64,000 nucleotides of DNA from an uncultured Nitrososphaeraceae archaeon (GCA_963779615.1 CAVZZA010000003.1:896001-960000), one strand, 5' to 3'. Positions 32,455-44,349 are shown, counted from the first letter of the stretch. The notes: a model not told the origin generated them from the sequence alone. A program made the numbers and translations.

Positions 32455-33001
32455 GGGGATCCAAAAATGATAATATTATTTACAAGATGACACTGTTACG
32501 AAAACGAAAGAAAGAATTCTTTAGAATTAGCCATTAGTTATTTTTAGATGAATTAACTTCTCTCATCACCAACAATACACTCCATTAAAAACTATTATTA
32601 TCAATAAAGCATCGTTTGATCAAAATAAATTGTAATATATGAAATGTTTTTAACACAAACCATCATCATATAACATTTCAATATTATTTTATGTTATAAA
32701 TAGTTAATTTGTAATATTTATACACTATTTCAAATCGAGACCACATACTGCCATATCGAATCAAGAATCAGATTAACCATTTAAATGTGAACATAAAATT
32801 AGGTAAAAAGATAAACTAACATCCAAGTCACTTTTATGGTAGCGCTAATCTAACAATCTTTTTGTCTTTAATTACAATACTACATACATTGGTTTTTAAC
32901 ATGAACATATCTATATTATTTTGTAACGAGGCAGTTAATGTCAATGCTATCAACAATATATAATAATTGGCATATGCATCAATATATACTGAAAATCAAT
33001 T

Positions 33002-33460
33002 TTGCAAAATTGGGATGACGACTTTAATGAAATAATGGAAAGAAAAATGAAACACTATAAAGAAAAAAACAATGTTGGAGCAAATAATAAAATCAATAAT
33101 GAAATGGCTCATAACAAACCCATTACATTAACTGATTACAATTTTACAGAATCAGTTAAAAAACACCGAATGTTAATTGTAGATTTTTGGGCTTCTTGGT
33201 GTGGCCCTTGCAAGATAGTTTCTCCCGTAATCGACCAATTGTCAAGTGAACTTGCAGGCAAGGCAGTATTTGGAAAGATAAATGTGGATGATAACCCGAG
33301 TGTATCTAATGCCTTTGGAATTCAAAGCATACCTACAATAATAATATTTAAAAATGCTCAAGCAATAGACAGAGTTGTTGGTGCAATGACAAAATCACAA
33401 TTGATATCAAAGATTTCCCCCCATATTGAAAAACCAGCAAATAACAGATTTAATAATTAG
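33002..33460 (+). CDS. trxA: Thioredoxin
   Basis: DFWASWCGPCK and IQSIPT motifs. Confidence 0.95.
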   Translation: MQNWDDDFNEIMERKMKHYKEKNNVGANNKINNEMAHNKPITLTDYNFTESVKKHRMLIVDFWASWCGPCKIVSPVIDQLSSELAGKAVFGKINVDDNPSVSNAFGIQSIPTIIIFKNAQAIDRVVGAMTKSQLISKISPHIEKPANNRFNN

Positions 33461-33651
33461 CAAAATTGATGCACACAACATATAAAAGCTAATCAAATAT
33501 CCTTTTGTAACGTTTTAAAATATTTGATCAAAATTTTTAGAGAACGAATTAAATATGGCCGTATTGAAAATGATACTCCTTTATGGCCAAATGGAATAAA
33601 ATTTTTTAGTAATTTTAACAAAAATGCGTATATGTAGTAAGCACGCATCAA

Positions 33652-34371
33652 TCAAAAGTTCAAGATTTTAAAAGAAAACAACATAATGGTACTTAATATA
33701 GTTCCAATGCTTAGTATCTTTAAGCATTTTTCATATGTTTTAGCCCTATTAGCCTTTGTTTCATCCTTCTTGTAAATTTTATATGGACGAGAAAGCTTTA
33801 TTTCAATATAGCTTAAAATAAATGGAATAAGCGAAGCCAAAATGGAAGTGTTTGTAACAGTGTTGGTTTGTATTATAAAACCTGCATGAAATGGTAACAT
33901 ACCCCAGGAAATGGAAAACCAAAAATCGTTGTGAAAAAAACCACCAAATAATTCAAAATTATAAGCAAACAGGAAAAAGCTTTCCAAAATACAGATAATT
34001 AAAAGCAAAGGAGTATAATAAAAGATATAATAAAATCCCAACACATAAGAAAAAAACAAACAAAGGATTATCAGTAGCCAACTTTGCTTTTTAGAAAATA
34101 AATTACCCCAGGGCTTTACTCTTCTAGAACCAACATTGTCAGCAATATGAGCAGCAATTCCTAACGACATAAAATAAATTATAGAGATAGCAGATAGTCT
34201 TTCAAAATCCGTAACTGGAGATAACAATCCTCCCAAAATAACAAATGAAATGCACATCCCCGTGTATGGCAAAAACAGCAAACCTATAAAAATTCTGAAT
34301 TTTACGGGACCGAATTTTGGTACAAACCATTCATTTATTCTGGAATCGTTGTTCATGGTTTTTTTGCCCAT
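33652..34371 (-). CDS. Multi-pass membrane protein, distantly UbiA-superfamily-like
   Basis: About 7-8 TM helices; LPYT, AAHIADN..KPWG, AYNFELFGGFFHND; overlaps the methyltransferase gene. Confidence 0.7.
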   Translation of the reverse strand: MGKKTMNNDSRINEWFVPKFGPVKFRIFIGLLFLPYTGMCISFVILGGLLSPVTDFERLSAISIIYFMSLGIAAHIADNVGSRRVKPWGNLFSKKQSWLLIILCLFFSYVLGFYYIFYYTPLLLIICILESFFLFAYNFELFGGFFHNDFWFSISWGMLPFHAGFIIQTNTVTNTSILASLIPFILSYIEIKLSRPYKIYKKDETKANRAKTYEKCLKILSIGTILSTIMLFSFKILNF

Positions 34372-35030
34372 ACTATAGAGGATGTTTCGAATGTAAGGGT
34401 CTCAGAAACTATTTTTGTAAACCCTTTGTCTAGCAGAATTATTGGTAATGCATCTTTCCATTCTGTTTTCATTATCAAGGAATCCAATTCATTAAAAACC
34501 TTGCTCCAATTCTTTAATAACTTACCACTCAGTTTGAGCAGTTTAAAGTAAATTATCCACAATTTTTGAAAGATTATTTGATTTGGATAAATGAAATCAT
34601 GTAAAATCAGCATTCCCCCTTTTCTGAGGACCCGAAAACATTCATTAACAAGATCTGTTAAATTTACATATTTAGGCAGGTATGAGCCAACAACACAATC
34701 AAAATAATTGTTTTGAAATGGTAAAAACTCTGCGATTCCATTAATACAAAAGGCTCCTAATTTCTTTGTTTTCAATATTTTGAGATATTCAAAAGTCAAG
34801 TCTATTCCAAAGACAGTAATCCCTTTTTCCTTGCTTAACAAAGAAGATAGAATTCCCGTACCGCAAGCTAAATCCAGGGTTAGTCCTTTTGTTGACATTT
34901 TACCCAATATTTTTTTCTTCCAATAATAATCTTGACCAAATGTTGTAAATTGAACCAGTCTATCATAAGCTGTGGCATTAAATCCAGTAAAGAACTCTTT
35001 TGCATACGAATATCCAAAATCTTTATCCAT
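34353..35030 (-). CDS. Class I SAM methyltransferase (UbiE/MenG-like)
   Basis: YDR...TFGQD..WK, LDLACGTG, AEFLPF and RVLRKGG motifs. Confidence 0.88.
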   Translation of the reverse strand: MDKDFGYSYAKEFFTGFNATAYDRLVQFTTFGQDYYWKKKILGKMSTKGLTLDLACGTGILSSLLSKEKGITVFGIDLTFEYLKILKTKKLGAFCINGIAEFLPFQNNYFDCVVGSYLPKYVNLTDLVNECFRVLRKGGMLILHDFIYPNQIIFQKLWIIYFKLLKLSGKLLKNWSKVFNELDSLIMKTEWKDALPIILLDKGFTKIVSETLTFETSSIVWAKKP

Positions 35031-35226
35031 GATTAATACAACTTATGCTAGTCAAAATTTTTAACCTTTGTCTATTCATTTCTGATTTGTTTTTTTACAA
35101 GATAACTATCAAATGTAAAAAATAGCTAAAAGCGTTCTATCATTTTATAGTTTATTCGCCTAATTTAATTAGGCCATATATGTTTTTTATAAAATTTAAT
35201 TGCCAGGGTTTACCTATATTATTGAA

Positions 35227-35601
35227 ATGGGACGTTGGGATGAAGGTAAAAAACCAGGAAAAAGTAAAAATTTACCAAAATTAATCAAAAAGATAATCTA
35301 TATTGGATTCATCATTGTAGCGGTAGTAATATTAGCAGTGTTTATACCCAGAGCGGGATTGAATGTAGAATTATTGCACCGTGGTGGAGAAATAGAAACC
35401 ATTAGCACCAAAATAAGCAATAATAATTTTTTCGCTCTACATAATGTTACAGTTCAATTTGATAATGGGAAAACCCAAAACATTGGAGACCTAGGACCTT
35501 TTGGATCAGCAATGATTTCACCTGAATCGGAAAATATCAACTTTAAAAAAATAATTGTGAAAGCTAATGATGGACAAATAGAATCGATTAAAAACAGATA
35601 G
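35227..35601 (+). CDS. Hypothetical membrane-anchored protein
   Basis: Probable start MGRWD; single TM then beta-rich domain. Confidence 0.65.
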   Translation: MGRWDEGKKPGKSKNLPKLIKKIIYIGFIIVAVVILAVFIPRAGLNVELLHRGGEIETISTKISNNNFFALHNVTVQFDNGKTQNIGDLGPFGSAMISPESENINFKKIIVKANDGQIESIKNR

Positions 35602-35979
35602 GATTTTTCGTACCTAAACATATTTATAAATAATAATATTTTAGGTACACCCTTTTCTAATTGACCTAATAACCTGAATTATAGAACATGAAAATAAAGT
35701 TTTAGATTTTTCATTATAACCAATTTTAACCATAGTTCAATTAGCCGGCGCTACATTCAATTGTATCTTTTATCCACTTCATCCAAAAAAAATTTAATAC
35801 AAGTTTTATAGATTGAGTACATTTAATGATGACATGCATTAGATTAATACCTTTACGAATAACAACAACTTATAACAAGTTTTGTAAAACAGTATTAGTT
35901 TAAATTATAAAAATTAGATCTTTTCAAAAGAACATCCACATGAAAACATACTAATTGTTATTTATCCATGAATATGACC

Positions 35980-36406
35980 TATTTACACTCAATAACATTA
36001 ATTCGTGTACCTTAATAGATCTTTTTGATGTCCAGGTTGAATCTTTTTGTTCCATGATATCGAGAAACTATATCTTTAAGCGACTGAAAGTCTGAATAGT
36101 AATCAGACAGCAAATTATACTTGCCCTGTCTCCAGCATTCCTCAACAGCATTGAATTCAGGAGAACCAACAGGAAATACTCTATCCTCATATTATCTTCG
36201 TTTCTTTGCAGGCATTCCTGAACTGCTTTAGATCTATCCTAGTACACGTCCTACAAGCAAGATCCTTTCTCTAACAATGGCATCCTGTTCATCCTTGTGT
36301 GCCTTGTCTAGTAGTGCGGATCTAACCGATTTCAACTAGTGAACCAAGTCATATGGAAAGGTTAGCTAAAAATTTATCTATGGATTTAGGTTATTGAGTA
36401 TACTTG
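35980..36406 (-). mobile_element. Internally deleted IS630-family element
   Basis: Minus strand reads N-terminal AHKDEQDAIVRERILLV joined to C-terminal IEYFPVGSPEFNAVEECWRQGK (IS630 SPE.N.IE..W motif); end repeats ACTCAATAAC / GTTATTGAGT. Confidence 0.8.
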
Positions 36407-36450
36407 AGTGAGATTTAAATGAACAAGGAAAATTTCAAGAGTTAAAAAAG

Positions 36451-37008
36451 TCAGCTTTTGGACATATTACGAATATCCATAGTTATTATAGACTTGTCTT
36501 TTAAAGGTATGCTATTAAAATCAATAGATGATGGATCAATAGCAACCCCGTTACTAAAAATATTTATATCATGATTAGACGAAACAGCGGACAGATTGTT
36601 GATAAATGAGGAATTATCAAATGTTTTCCATACATTTAAGAACTGGCCAAGTGTGTATGTTTGTTTCAATGGCGACTCTATATGGATAATTCCAGATCCG
36701 TCATGTGTGTGTAACCAGAAAATGCAATTGTTTGGGATAATTCCTAATCCTCCAGGAATATTCTGGGTCTTGTTTTGTATTTTTACAACTAGCTTGGTAT
36801 GATTATGGAAAACTAGGTGTTCTATCTTGTCGCATTGTATGCCGCCAATGGACTTTGTAATATTGTTTATACCATATTTTGAAATACTTTGATTTTGATT
36901 TTGATTTTGATTTTGTGCATAAACTGTATAATATTGTACAGGCCCTAAAACAACAACTAAATAAACTATAAAACTCAATATCATCATGTTTTGTGTTAAT
37001 TCATTCAT
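36451..37008 (-). CDS. Secreted protein with HxH / HTHD.SGIIHIESP metal-binding motifs
   Basis: Signal/TM segment, QN repeat, FHNHTKL and CIFWLHTHDGSGIIHIESP. Confidence 0.75.
   Translation of the reverse strand: MNELTQNMMILSFIVYLVVVLGPVQYYTVYAQNQNQNQNQSISKYGINNITKSIGGIQCDKIEHLVFHNHTKLVVKIQNKTQNIPGGLGIIPNNCIFWLHTHDGSGIIHIESPLKQTYTLGQFLNVWKTFDNSSFINNLSAVSSNHDINIFSNGVAIDPSSIDFNSIPLKDKSIITMDIRNMSKS
36888..36915. repeat. (TTTGAT)n microsatellite encoding a QN repeat
   Basis: About 4.7 tandem hexamers. Confidence 0.85.
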
Positions 37009-37251
37009 TGTGTAGAAATATTTTTAGCAATATATAAGTTAATTATACACACTATAGGCGAAAGGCATTGGATGAAGGTACAAAGCAAAACAGACATAAA
37101 GAGAAAGATCGAAAAAACCTCTATCAAACTACAGATCCAAAACAAAATAACAAACTCAAATACATTTTGAAAGTGTTTTATAATTTATTCACAACATATC
37201 ATTGCATTTGTTTTAGATAGAATAAATAACAAGTTTTATTCCATATGTTCT

Positions 37252-37494
37252 ATGAGCGATTTTGCATATTTTAGATTCTTGAGTCACAATTTGCTAACAG
37301 AAGAAGAGAGAAAAAACAAAGAGGAAATTATTGCAATTACTGAAGAAGTATTAGATGCCAAAGGCATCGAGTGTGACGCAACAATATCAAAGGTATCAGA
37401 AGACGATTTGAAAGAAATACTTGAAGGCGTAAGACAGATTCGCAAAAAGAAAATGAGAAAATATAAAACAGTAGATATGTCAATAGAAAAATAG
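37252..37494 (+). CDS. Hypothetical protein
   Basis: 80-aa charged ORF. Confidence 0.65.
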   Translation: MSDFAYFRFLSHNLLTEEERKNKEEIIAITEEVLDAKGIECDATISKVSEDDLKEILEGVRQIRKKKMRKYKTVDMSIEK

Positions 37495-37495
37495 A

Positions 37496-37810
37496 TTGAG
37501 CAACAAATACCCATTTTGGCCATTTTATAGTGGCCTAGGCTTTGCATTATTTGGGATGTTATTGATCGTACTAAAAATAAATATGAGGGTATCTTTCGTT
37601 TTTTTTATAATCGCTCTATTTCTATTGATATTGTGGGTATACCTAATTATTAGAATTGATTACAAAAAGAATAAAAGGAAAAATCCTGTATGCACATGCT
37701 CTATTTGTGGTCATGAAAAATCAGATGCATGTATTCAAGAAAAATGCCCATGTTGCATAAGTATGAAAGATAATGTAGTAGTAGGGCACTCTAATAATTC
37801 TCTTCAATAA
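37496..37810 (+). CDS. Two-TM protein with Cys/His-rich C-terminus
   Basis: CTCSICGH...C...CPCC...GH. Confidence 0.65.
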   Translation: MSNKYPFWPFYSGLGFALFGMLLIVLKINMRVSFVFFIIALFLLILWVYLIIRIDYKKNKRKNPVCTCSICGHEKSDACIQEKCPCCISMKDNVVVGHSNNSLQ

Positions 37811-38629
37811 TGCCAGTTCAGTCATCTAGCAACACGTTACAAAACACAAATACAAAGTTTTGTTTGTAACTTTAATGGGTAAATAATTATTTTATGTTCT
37901 TATCATTTCCTATGCAGGCTATGCCTTTATAGGATCTTATCAAATTATAATGTTTTTAAGGGACCATTTATCGCCAACAATTCATGTTTATATACATACG
38001 CACAGAATAACAATGGATGTTGCTAAAAAAAATCGCTGCAATCAAATATACCTAAATTACTAATTCCTTGAATTAGGATCAACGTGAACCATTGCAAATG
38101 AATTATCTAACTATTTGGGTTTTTAGTAACATTTCAATTCATCAACATTACAAAAAAAATATTTACATACCCTTTTATGAATACACATTGATTTCCTGAA
38201 AAAAATCAAATAATTAATTAATAATGATATTGTATAATAAAAACAATAAAATATTTTTTTACAATAAGTTTATTATCTTTGGAATGTATACTAATGGGAA
38301 TCGTGACTTCTTTAAATCCCACTTGGTAAATGGGAACAACAAATACAAAAAGGTTGAAAATGTCGATAAAGTACAATATTAAAATAATTTGATCATCAAT
38401 ATCAGTTTAGAGATTAGATGCATTAATCTTTATAGCATAATTACAGCTCAAATGAAAATAGCCCAGTAACAATTTTTTTAGCGTTTACAAAAAGAATGAA
38501 ATTTTAATTAGTCGATGTTTACTCAATTACCAACATTACCATGAACATCATCATAATTTAAAAATTTGTCAATAAAACGATTCTAAAAACATAAAGCACT
38601 GGTATTTAATAAAATACCCACGCCATTCG

Positions 38630-38946
38630 TTATTCAATATCAAGAAATTCCAAAACATCAGATATAAACATCTTTCCCTTGATAGTTCCACCTTATTTAA
38701 TTGCATCAATGACTTCTTTTACTTTCGTATCAGGAACAATTGTTTCTACTCTTATTCTACGAGCAAACTCTGGAACAAACATCTCTTTAGTTCTATAGCC
38801 CTGTACAATTCTTTCTGATGGCTCTCTTTCTATTGATCCCATACCCATGACATCAAAATACGTAATACCATCAACATTAACTTCTTGTAAGATTTGTTTT
38901 AAAGCATTAAGTTATTTTTCGGAATATACAAAATCAGTGATTTCAT
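38630..38946 (-). pseudogene. P-II nitrogen regulatory protein pseudogene
   Basis: MKSLILYIPKN/LNALKQILQEVNVDGITYFDVMGMG...FVPEFARRIRVETIVPDTKVKEVIDAIK*GGTIKGKMFISDV; one frameshift and one internal stop; absent from the ORF track. Confidence 0.85.
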
Positions 38947-39436
38947 ACTAGTAAATGAGATCAGGTTTATTTAAATATTATAAACTTAATTAAAACAATA
39001 CAAATAATTAATATTTGAAATTTATATAAATATTAGATACTTATTGTTATTAAGTAACAATTGGTCATAACTTTATTGTCAAATTTTTTATAGCAAATGG
39101 CTGTGGAGTTATTATCAACATTTTTTCTATCGAAATAATTAACACGTACATATTAAAATAAAATTTTTTTTCAAAAACACCAATACAAAAGAATTTGATC
39201 GCGTATAATGATATATACTTAATTGCTAATACAAAAATAAATAATACAAAATGTTTACAAAATATCAAAAGTACCGTTCAAGACAACACCGCATATCATA
39301 AAGAAAAACTATAGAACAAAATACATATGCTTATAGATTGTCCAAAACCTTTTGGATAATATAAAATACGTTATCAAATATTTTATAATTATAAAAAATG
39401 TTAAATTAAATCACTACAGTCTATCATCTATACAAT

Positions 39437-39808
39437 ATGACAACATTTACATCAATTGAGAAAAAATCGGTTAACTCTCCAGACGATCTCCGCACTTTTG
39501 ACAAAGGCAAAGTTGAATTAACAACTTTTAATGATGGGGCAACCATAGGGCGCATAACGCTTGAACCAGGTTGGAGTTGGGATAAATGTGTAAAACCAAT
39601 TGTTAACACCAACAGTTGTCAAGCACCCCATACTCAATATATGATATCAGGAAGAATAAAAGTTGTAATGGATGACGGAACAGAAGAAGAATTTGGTCCT
39701 GGCGACACCTCCTTAATCCCTCCAGGTCACAATGCGTGGGTTGTTGGAGATGAATCAGTAGTGGCAATTGATTTTACCGGATTGAGGAATTATGCCAAAA
39801 GACAGTGA
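39437..39808 (+). CDS. Cupin domain protein
   Basis: LEPGWSW, CQAPH and IPPGHNAWVVG motifs. Confidence 0.9.
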   Translation: MTTFTSIEKKSVNSPDDLRTFDKGKVELTTFNDGATIGRITLEPGWSWDKCVKPIVNTNSCQAPHTQYMISGRIKVVMDDGTEEEFGPGDTSLIPPGHNAWVVGDESVVAIDFTGLRNYAKRQ

Positions 39809-40097
39809 TCAGGGATTACAACAGAAATCAGGCGCATATGATACTTGACTGTATTCCATACAATTTACAATGTGCTTTGGTCACACAATACATGAAGTTT
39901 TTTATAATTATCCACATGAATGAAACCTGCATAACAATGGTTCAAATGGCGATTGTTTGAAATCATAATCAAATGTGTTGCAACACTATTGCCTTTTTAA
40001 CAACTTTTTTAACTACAGAATGACGCGAGAATACTCAAAATGATTATTTATTAAAGACAAAAGTAAGTCTATAAACACCTAACATTTAAAACAATCA

Positions 40098-41345
40098 TTG
40101 GAACAGAATCCACTCGCATCTCATGCTCAAGAGATAAAGCAAAACATACAGTTTGACCATAAAAGAAACGATCCTGTATTTCTTGTTGGAATTGAAATAG
40201 AGGGTTGTCTATTGAATGACAAAGGACGCCCCATAGATGCATCAGCACTTATTGAGAAATCACTCAATACCAAATATCCACTGGATTATGAATATGGCAA
40301 ATGCCAATTTGAATTTAAAACTTATCCATTATCCTTTTACGAGTTATCAAAGATCAACGAAATAACCCAAGATTTTATAGAAGGTCTTGAAAATCTTGCC
40401 AGAAAAGCATATCCAAATCAAAATGTCATACCGGTCTTCTTAGGAGGAAATCCGTCCCCAATTCTCTCCGATGAGACGGCTATCACCAACAAACCGCGCT
40501 ACAAAAAAATATCAGACTGGCAATCTACTTTTCCAGATGCTCAAATGGATGGTCAAACGTTTAAATCAAACTTAATTGGAACTGCCATACAAGGGTTTCA
40601 TTTTCACCTACAGGGAAAAAACGCTGATTACACTGCCCACATGTTCAACCACATTTTAAATTTAATTCCTTCATCCATTCTTTTGGGTGCAAACAGTAGA
40701 CTAATAGCAGGTAGAATATATTCAATATACGAACCTAGAGTGTTTTTATTCGATCAAGCTGAAGGACAAAATTCCGGGTTTCCAGCTATTTCCAAGTACA
40801 TAGGAAGTCTAGAAGAATATGTAGATTACGTTGCATCACGTCAACCAGTATTAGCCTCAAATTACTATGAATTAGAAAAAGAAAGACATGATGATGTTCG
40901 GATTAGAATAACCGATGAATCGTATCGCGTTGAAACAAGAATTTTATCAGTACAGCCAACAGCTCAAGAATTAATATCCATGATTGAATTTTTTATAGGC
41001 TATCTACATCACACTATTTCTGAGCAAAGGCCACTAAGACCACTATCCGACATCAGGGAAGAGAGAATGTCAGTAATAAGGTCGGGGTTTAATGCGCAAG
41101 GAGTATTTGACTTTGCACAAAGCATCAGACTAGAATTAGATTTTGCGAAAAAAGGTCTTTATGATTTAAACATCAATCCAGAATTTTTGGACATTTTATA
41201 TAGAAGGCTGGAAGGCAAAACCTCAGTTGGAGAATTAGTGGTGAATATGTGGGATAAAAAATTCAATGGCTCATTAGAAGAAACCACAGTTGAAGTAATC
41301 TCAGCAATATGGGAACATACAAAAAGAAACAAACCGCTCACATGA
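40098..41345 (+). CDS. Glutamate-cysteine ligase family 2 (GCS2 / carboxylate-amine ligase)
   Basis: VGIEIE, QFEF, PRY, GFHFH, LGANS, DVRIR and VETR motifs. Confidence 0.8.
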   Translation: MEQNPLASHAQEIKQNIQFDHKRNDPVFLVGIEIEGCLLNDKGRPIDASALIEKSLNTKYPLDYEYGKCQFEFKTYPLSFYELSKINEITQDFIEGLENLARKAYPNQNVIPVFLGGNPSPILSDETAITNKPRYKKISDWQSTFPDAQMDGQTFKSNLIGTAIQGFHFHLQGKNADYTAHMFNHILNLIPSSILLGANSRLIAGRIYSIYEPRVFLFDQAEGQNSGFPAISKYIGSLEEYVDYVASRQPVLASNYYELEKERHDDVRIRITDESYRVETRILSVQPTAQELISMIEFFIGYLHHTISEQRPLRPLSDIREERMSVIRSGFNAQGVFDFAQSIRLELDFAKKGLYDLNINPEFLDILYRRLEGKTSVGELVVNMWDKKFNGSLEETTVEVISAIWEHTKRNKPLT

Positions 41346-42242
41346 TCAAATGGAAGTAATGCTTTCATCTATATCCAAATTTTTAAATAAACAATACAAT
41401 TTACCAATTAGCAAAAGTATTCTAAACAATCTTACATTATTATAGTGAATTTATAATAAAAATTCACTCCACAATACCACAAACTTGGATAGAAAATTAT
41501 CAATATTAATTATTTAATTTAGCTAACATATGCAATGGCATATAAACATGGAAGAATTTTTTTCCTGTTTAAGTAGTGAATCGACAATATATTCAGACAA
41601 TTATACAATGCAAGGCAATAGAGAATGGATAAATTAACAGATGTCATTCAGATAATCGCAGTATTTAATTTTCAAATCCAAACCAAATGCTGGAATTCTA
41701 TACCAAGAGGTTTCACAGCATACTGTTCGTTAATAGGTCAGGCCATTTATTTAAAGCCAAATAATCCATAACATTAATGATCTCTTTATTAGTCACAATT
41801 CGGAAAATAACTGATATTTTTGTCATAGATATTTACATCATTTGGTACATGGCAATCATGAATAAAGAATAACCCTTTAATTTAGGAAACATTGACAATA
41901 ATAAAAAACGCAACAAATCAGAATAGATTTCAAAAAACTACACAAGTAAATAGAAGATGAAATTGAAACAACAAATAATCAAATAATTTATTACTCATGT
42001 GTCGTTTTGAATAATAGTAAAAACAGCCAAAAATAAATAGAAATTGACTAATAAGGCTAATTTGTTATTTAATAGCCGGCCCAGTTGTCAGGGCATTTAG
42101 CATATTGTTACCATAACAAGAAATAATATATATAAAGTCATTGTCATTAGAATAGCCAGAAATAAAAATAAAAGATAATATCGCATTAATTTGAATAAAT
42201 TAAATTTAATGAATACAAATTTCAGGGTTGACCGTCGAGGTC

Positions 42243-42428
42243 TTATTCACCGTGGTTTTCAATCTCTTCATAAATCATCATTGCTGAATAAAATATTTCA
42301 TTACCTTTAACTGCCATAGAATACTTTATATCAATTAATTCATTATTACCAAGGTCTCTAAGAAACTCATTTACATCTTCCATGACCGATATTTGATTAC
42401 TTGCTGTATGAATACTAATTTGTCTCAT
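42243..42428 (-). CDS. Small protein, Cse60/DUF2758-like
   Basis: EDVNEFL...LIDIKYS......YSAMMIYE. Confidence 0.6.
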   Translation of the reverse strand: MRQISIHTASNQISVMEDVNEFLRDLGNNELIDIKYSMAVKGNEIFYSAMMIYEEIENHGE

Positions 42429-43312
42429 AATAAAAAGTTAATCTCATTCTATTTGAACATTGCAAATAATTAAACAAGGATCAATTAACATGATTAAAAC
42501 AGTATAGAATGCAATGGAAACTTTCTAAATGTACAAAACACCACCACCACTTTAGCAATCAGATAATTTTATGCAAAACAAATTAATCCTTTCGCTTTAC
42601 AAATATCCGTTGTTTACTAATTTTAGACAGTTGTTGTATTTATCAACACTAGTTTAGAACATATCAAATGCCCTTCTCTAACAATTAACTTTTTTGCCAG
42701 CATATCTGAATACACCTAACCCAGAGTTAGGAAATACATGCAAGATGTCGAAATCAGAATTATGCTATATATAATGAGTGGGCCCTGTTTCCCAAGATAC
42801 CACCCATGCACTATTGGTCAAAAAATGGATTAAGAAATTTATACCATGTTTCTACATTTCACTAATTTTAAGTTACAATGAACAACCATCTTTTAAGCGA
42901 AAATCATTATAAGCTGTCTACAGGCCATTACACAATTTATCCACCAAATAATAACTTGAAATTTAAATTAATTTTCCATTTGAATAAATTTTTTAGACGG
43001 ATACAAAAACTTGGGAATTTTTTTATCAATTTACATTTCATATAGTTACCATTTTTTTTCTCAACAGAAGTCATATAAAAGAAATAATAGAAACTTACAA
43101 ACAGGTCATAGTCATAAAGCATACTTCCACACTACAACTAATAAATCTTATGCATTCCAAACACCGTCACAATATTGAAATCAAAATCACCATAAGAACA
43201 AGATCATTAAACCAAAACAATCTCTCAACAATAAAACCTTCTCTTCATAACAAGAACATGAGATTTCATTAATTTATGAAATACGATATCTTATTATATA
43301 AACTACAGGCTA

Positions 43313-43726
43313 TTGGTTATAATGAGTGGTATTGAAGATATTACAACAAAATACGATGATTTAATTCATACAATTAAAACACTTTTGCCAAAAGTGAATC
43401 CAAAACTGATAATTGAATTATTACCCCTATTGAAAGAAGAAGAGGCACCCATGTATAATCTCCAGGTCCATCTTAAAGAAAATTCAAATATTGATGAAAT
43501 AAGAAATACGGTATGGAACGAATTGAAAGTAATACCTGCTTTTTATTCGGATGGGACCCATGCTGTAATTGAGCACCGGATAACACTCCAAATACTTGAA
43601 AACATTAGCAAATTGAACGCCGTTGATAATATAAGTGGCTCATACTCTGGTGGAGGAAGAGCATCTAGAGGGCCAACTTTAGAAAGGGATGCGGACGACA
43701 AATCATCAGGAACTGGCAAATACTAA
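43313..43726 (+). CDS. Hypothetical protein
   Basis: 137-aa ORF with protein-like composition. Confidence 0.7.
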   Translation: MVIMSGIEDITTKYDDLIHTIKTLLPKVNPKLIIELLPLLKEEEAPMYNLQVHLKENSNIDEIRNTVWNELKVIPAFYSDGTHAVIEHRITLQILENISKLNAVDNISGSYSGGGRASRGPTLERDADDKSSGTGKY

Positions 43727-44349
43727 AATTTATTTTTTGTTTTAGATCACATCTCTTGTTTTAGAAGACGCTTATCAGGACTTTTAAAGTGTAAGGCTTA
43801 TTTATCAAAAAGAAACATCATTTGGAGATAAGAAATACCGTTCTCCACATGCATCACACTTTTCAATGAGTCATTTTATTCCACGCACAATCAACTAAAT
43901 ACATCTTATGGATTGTTTTTAATACGGTAAAAAAAGGTAATGACATTTAGCATTAAATTCCATAGAATGATTTTTAAGTTAAGTTAGCCCACGTATGGAC
44001 GTATGAGATTAAAAAACGGTTGTATGATATTACAGATATAAATTTATCATGACAGCAAAATAGAAGTATTTTGTGCAATTCAAAATTATATTGTTTCAAA
44101 AGATATAAATTTTGAAATTTTAACTGCACCACTAAAGCCGATGCAACAAAAAATCAATAGGGGCTTTAATACTAGATCATATTAATAGGAACAAATTCTA
44201 TTTTTTTGGTTAATGCATAGCCCATACTGAATATTAATCATGTGAACATTATAAAAAATTAGTTACCAAAAATGAAATATTTGTATACCAAACGTCAGTC
44301 AATATCTTGACAAAAAGTCTTTTGATATATCATGTTTAATTACATTAGT

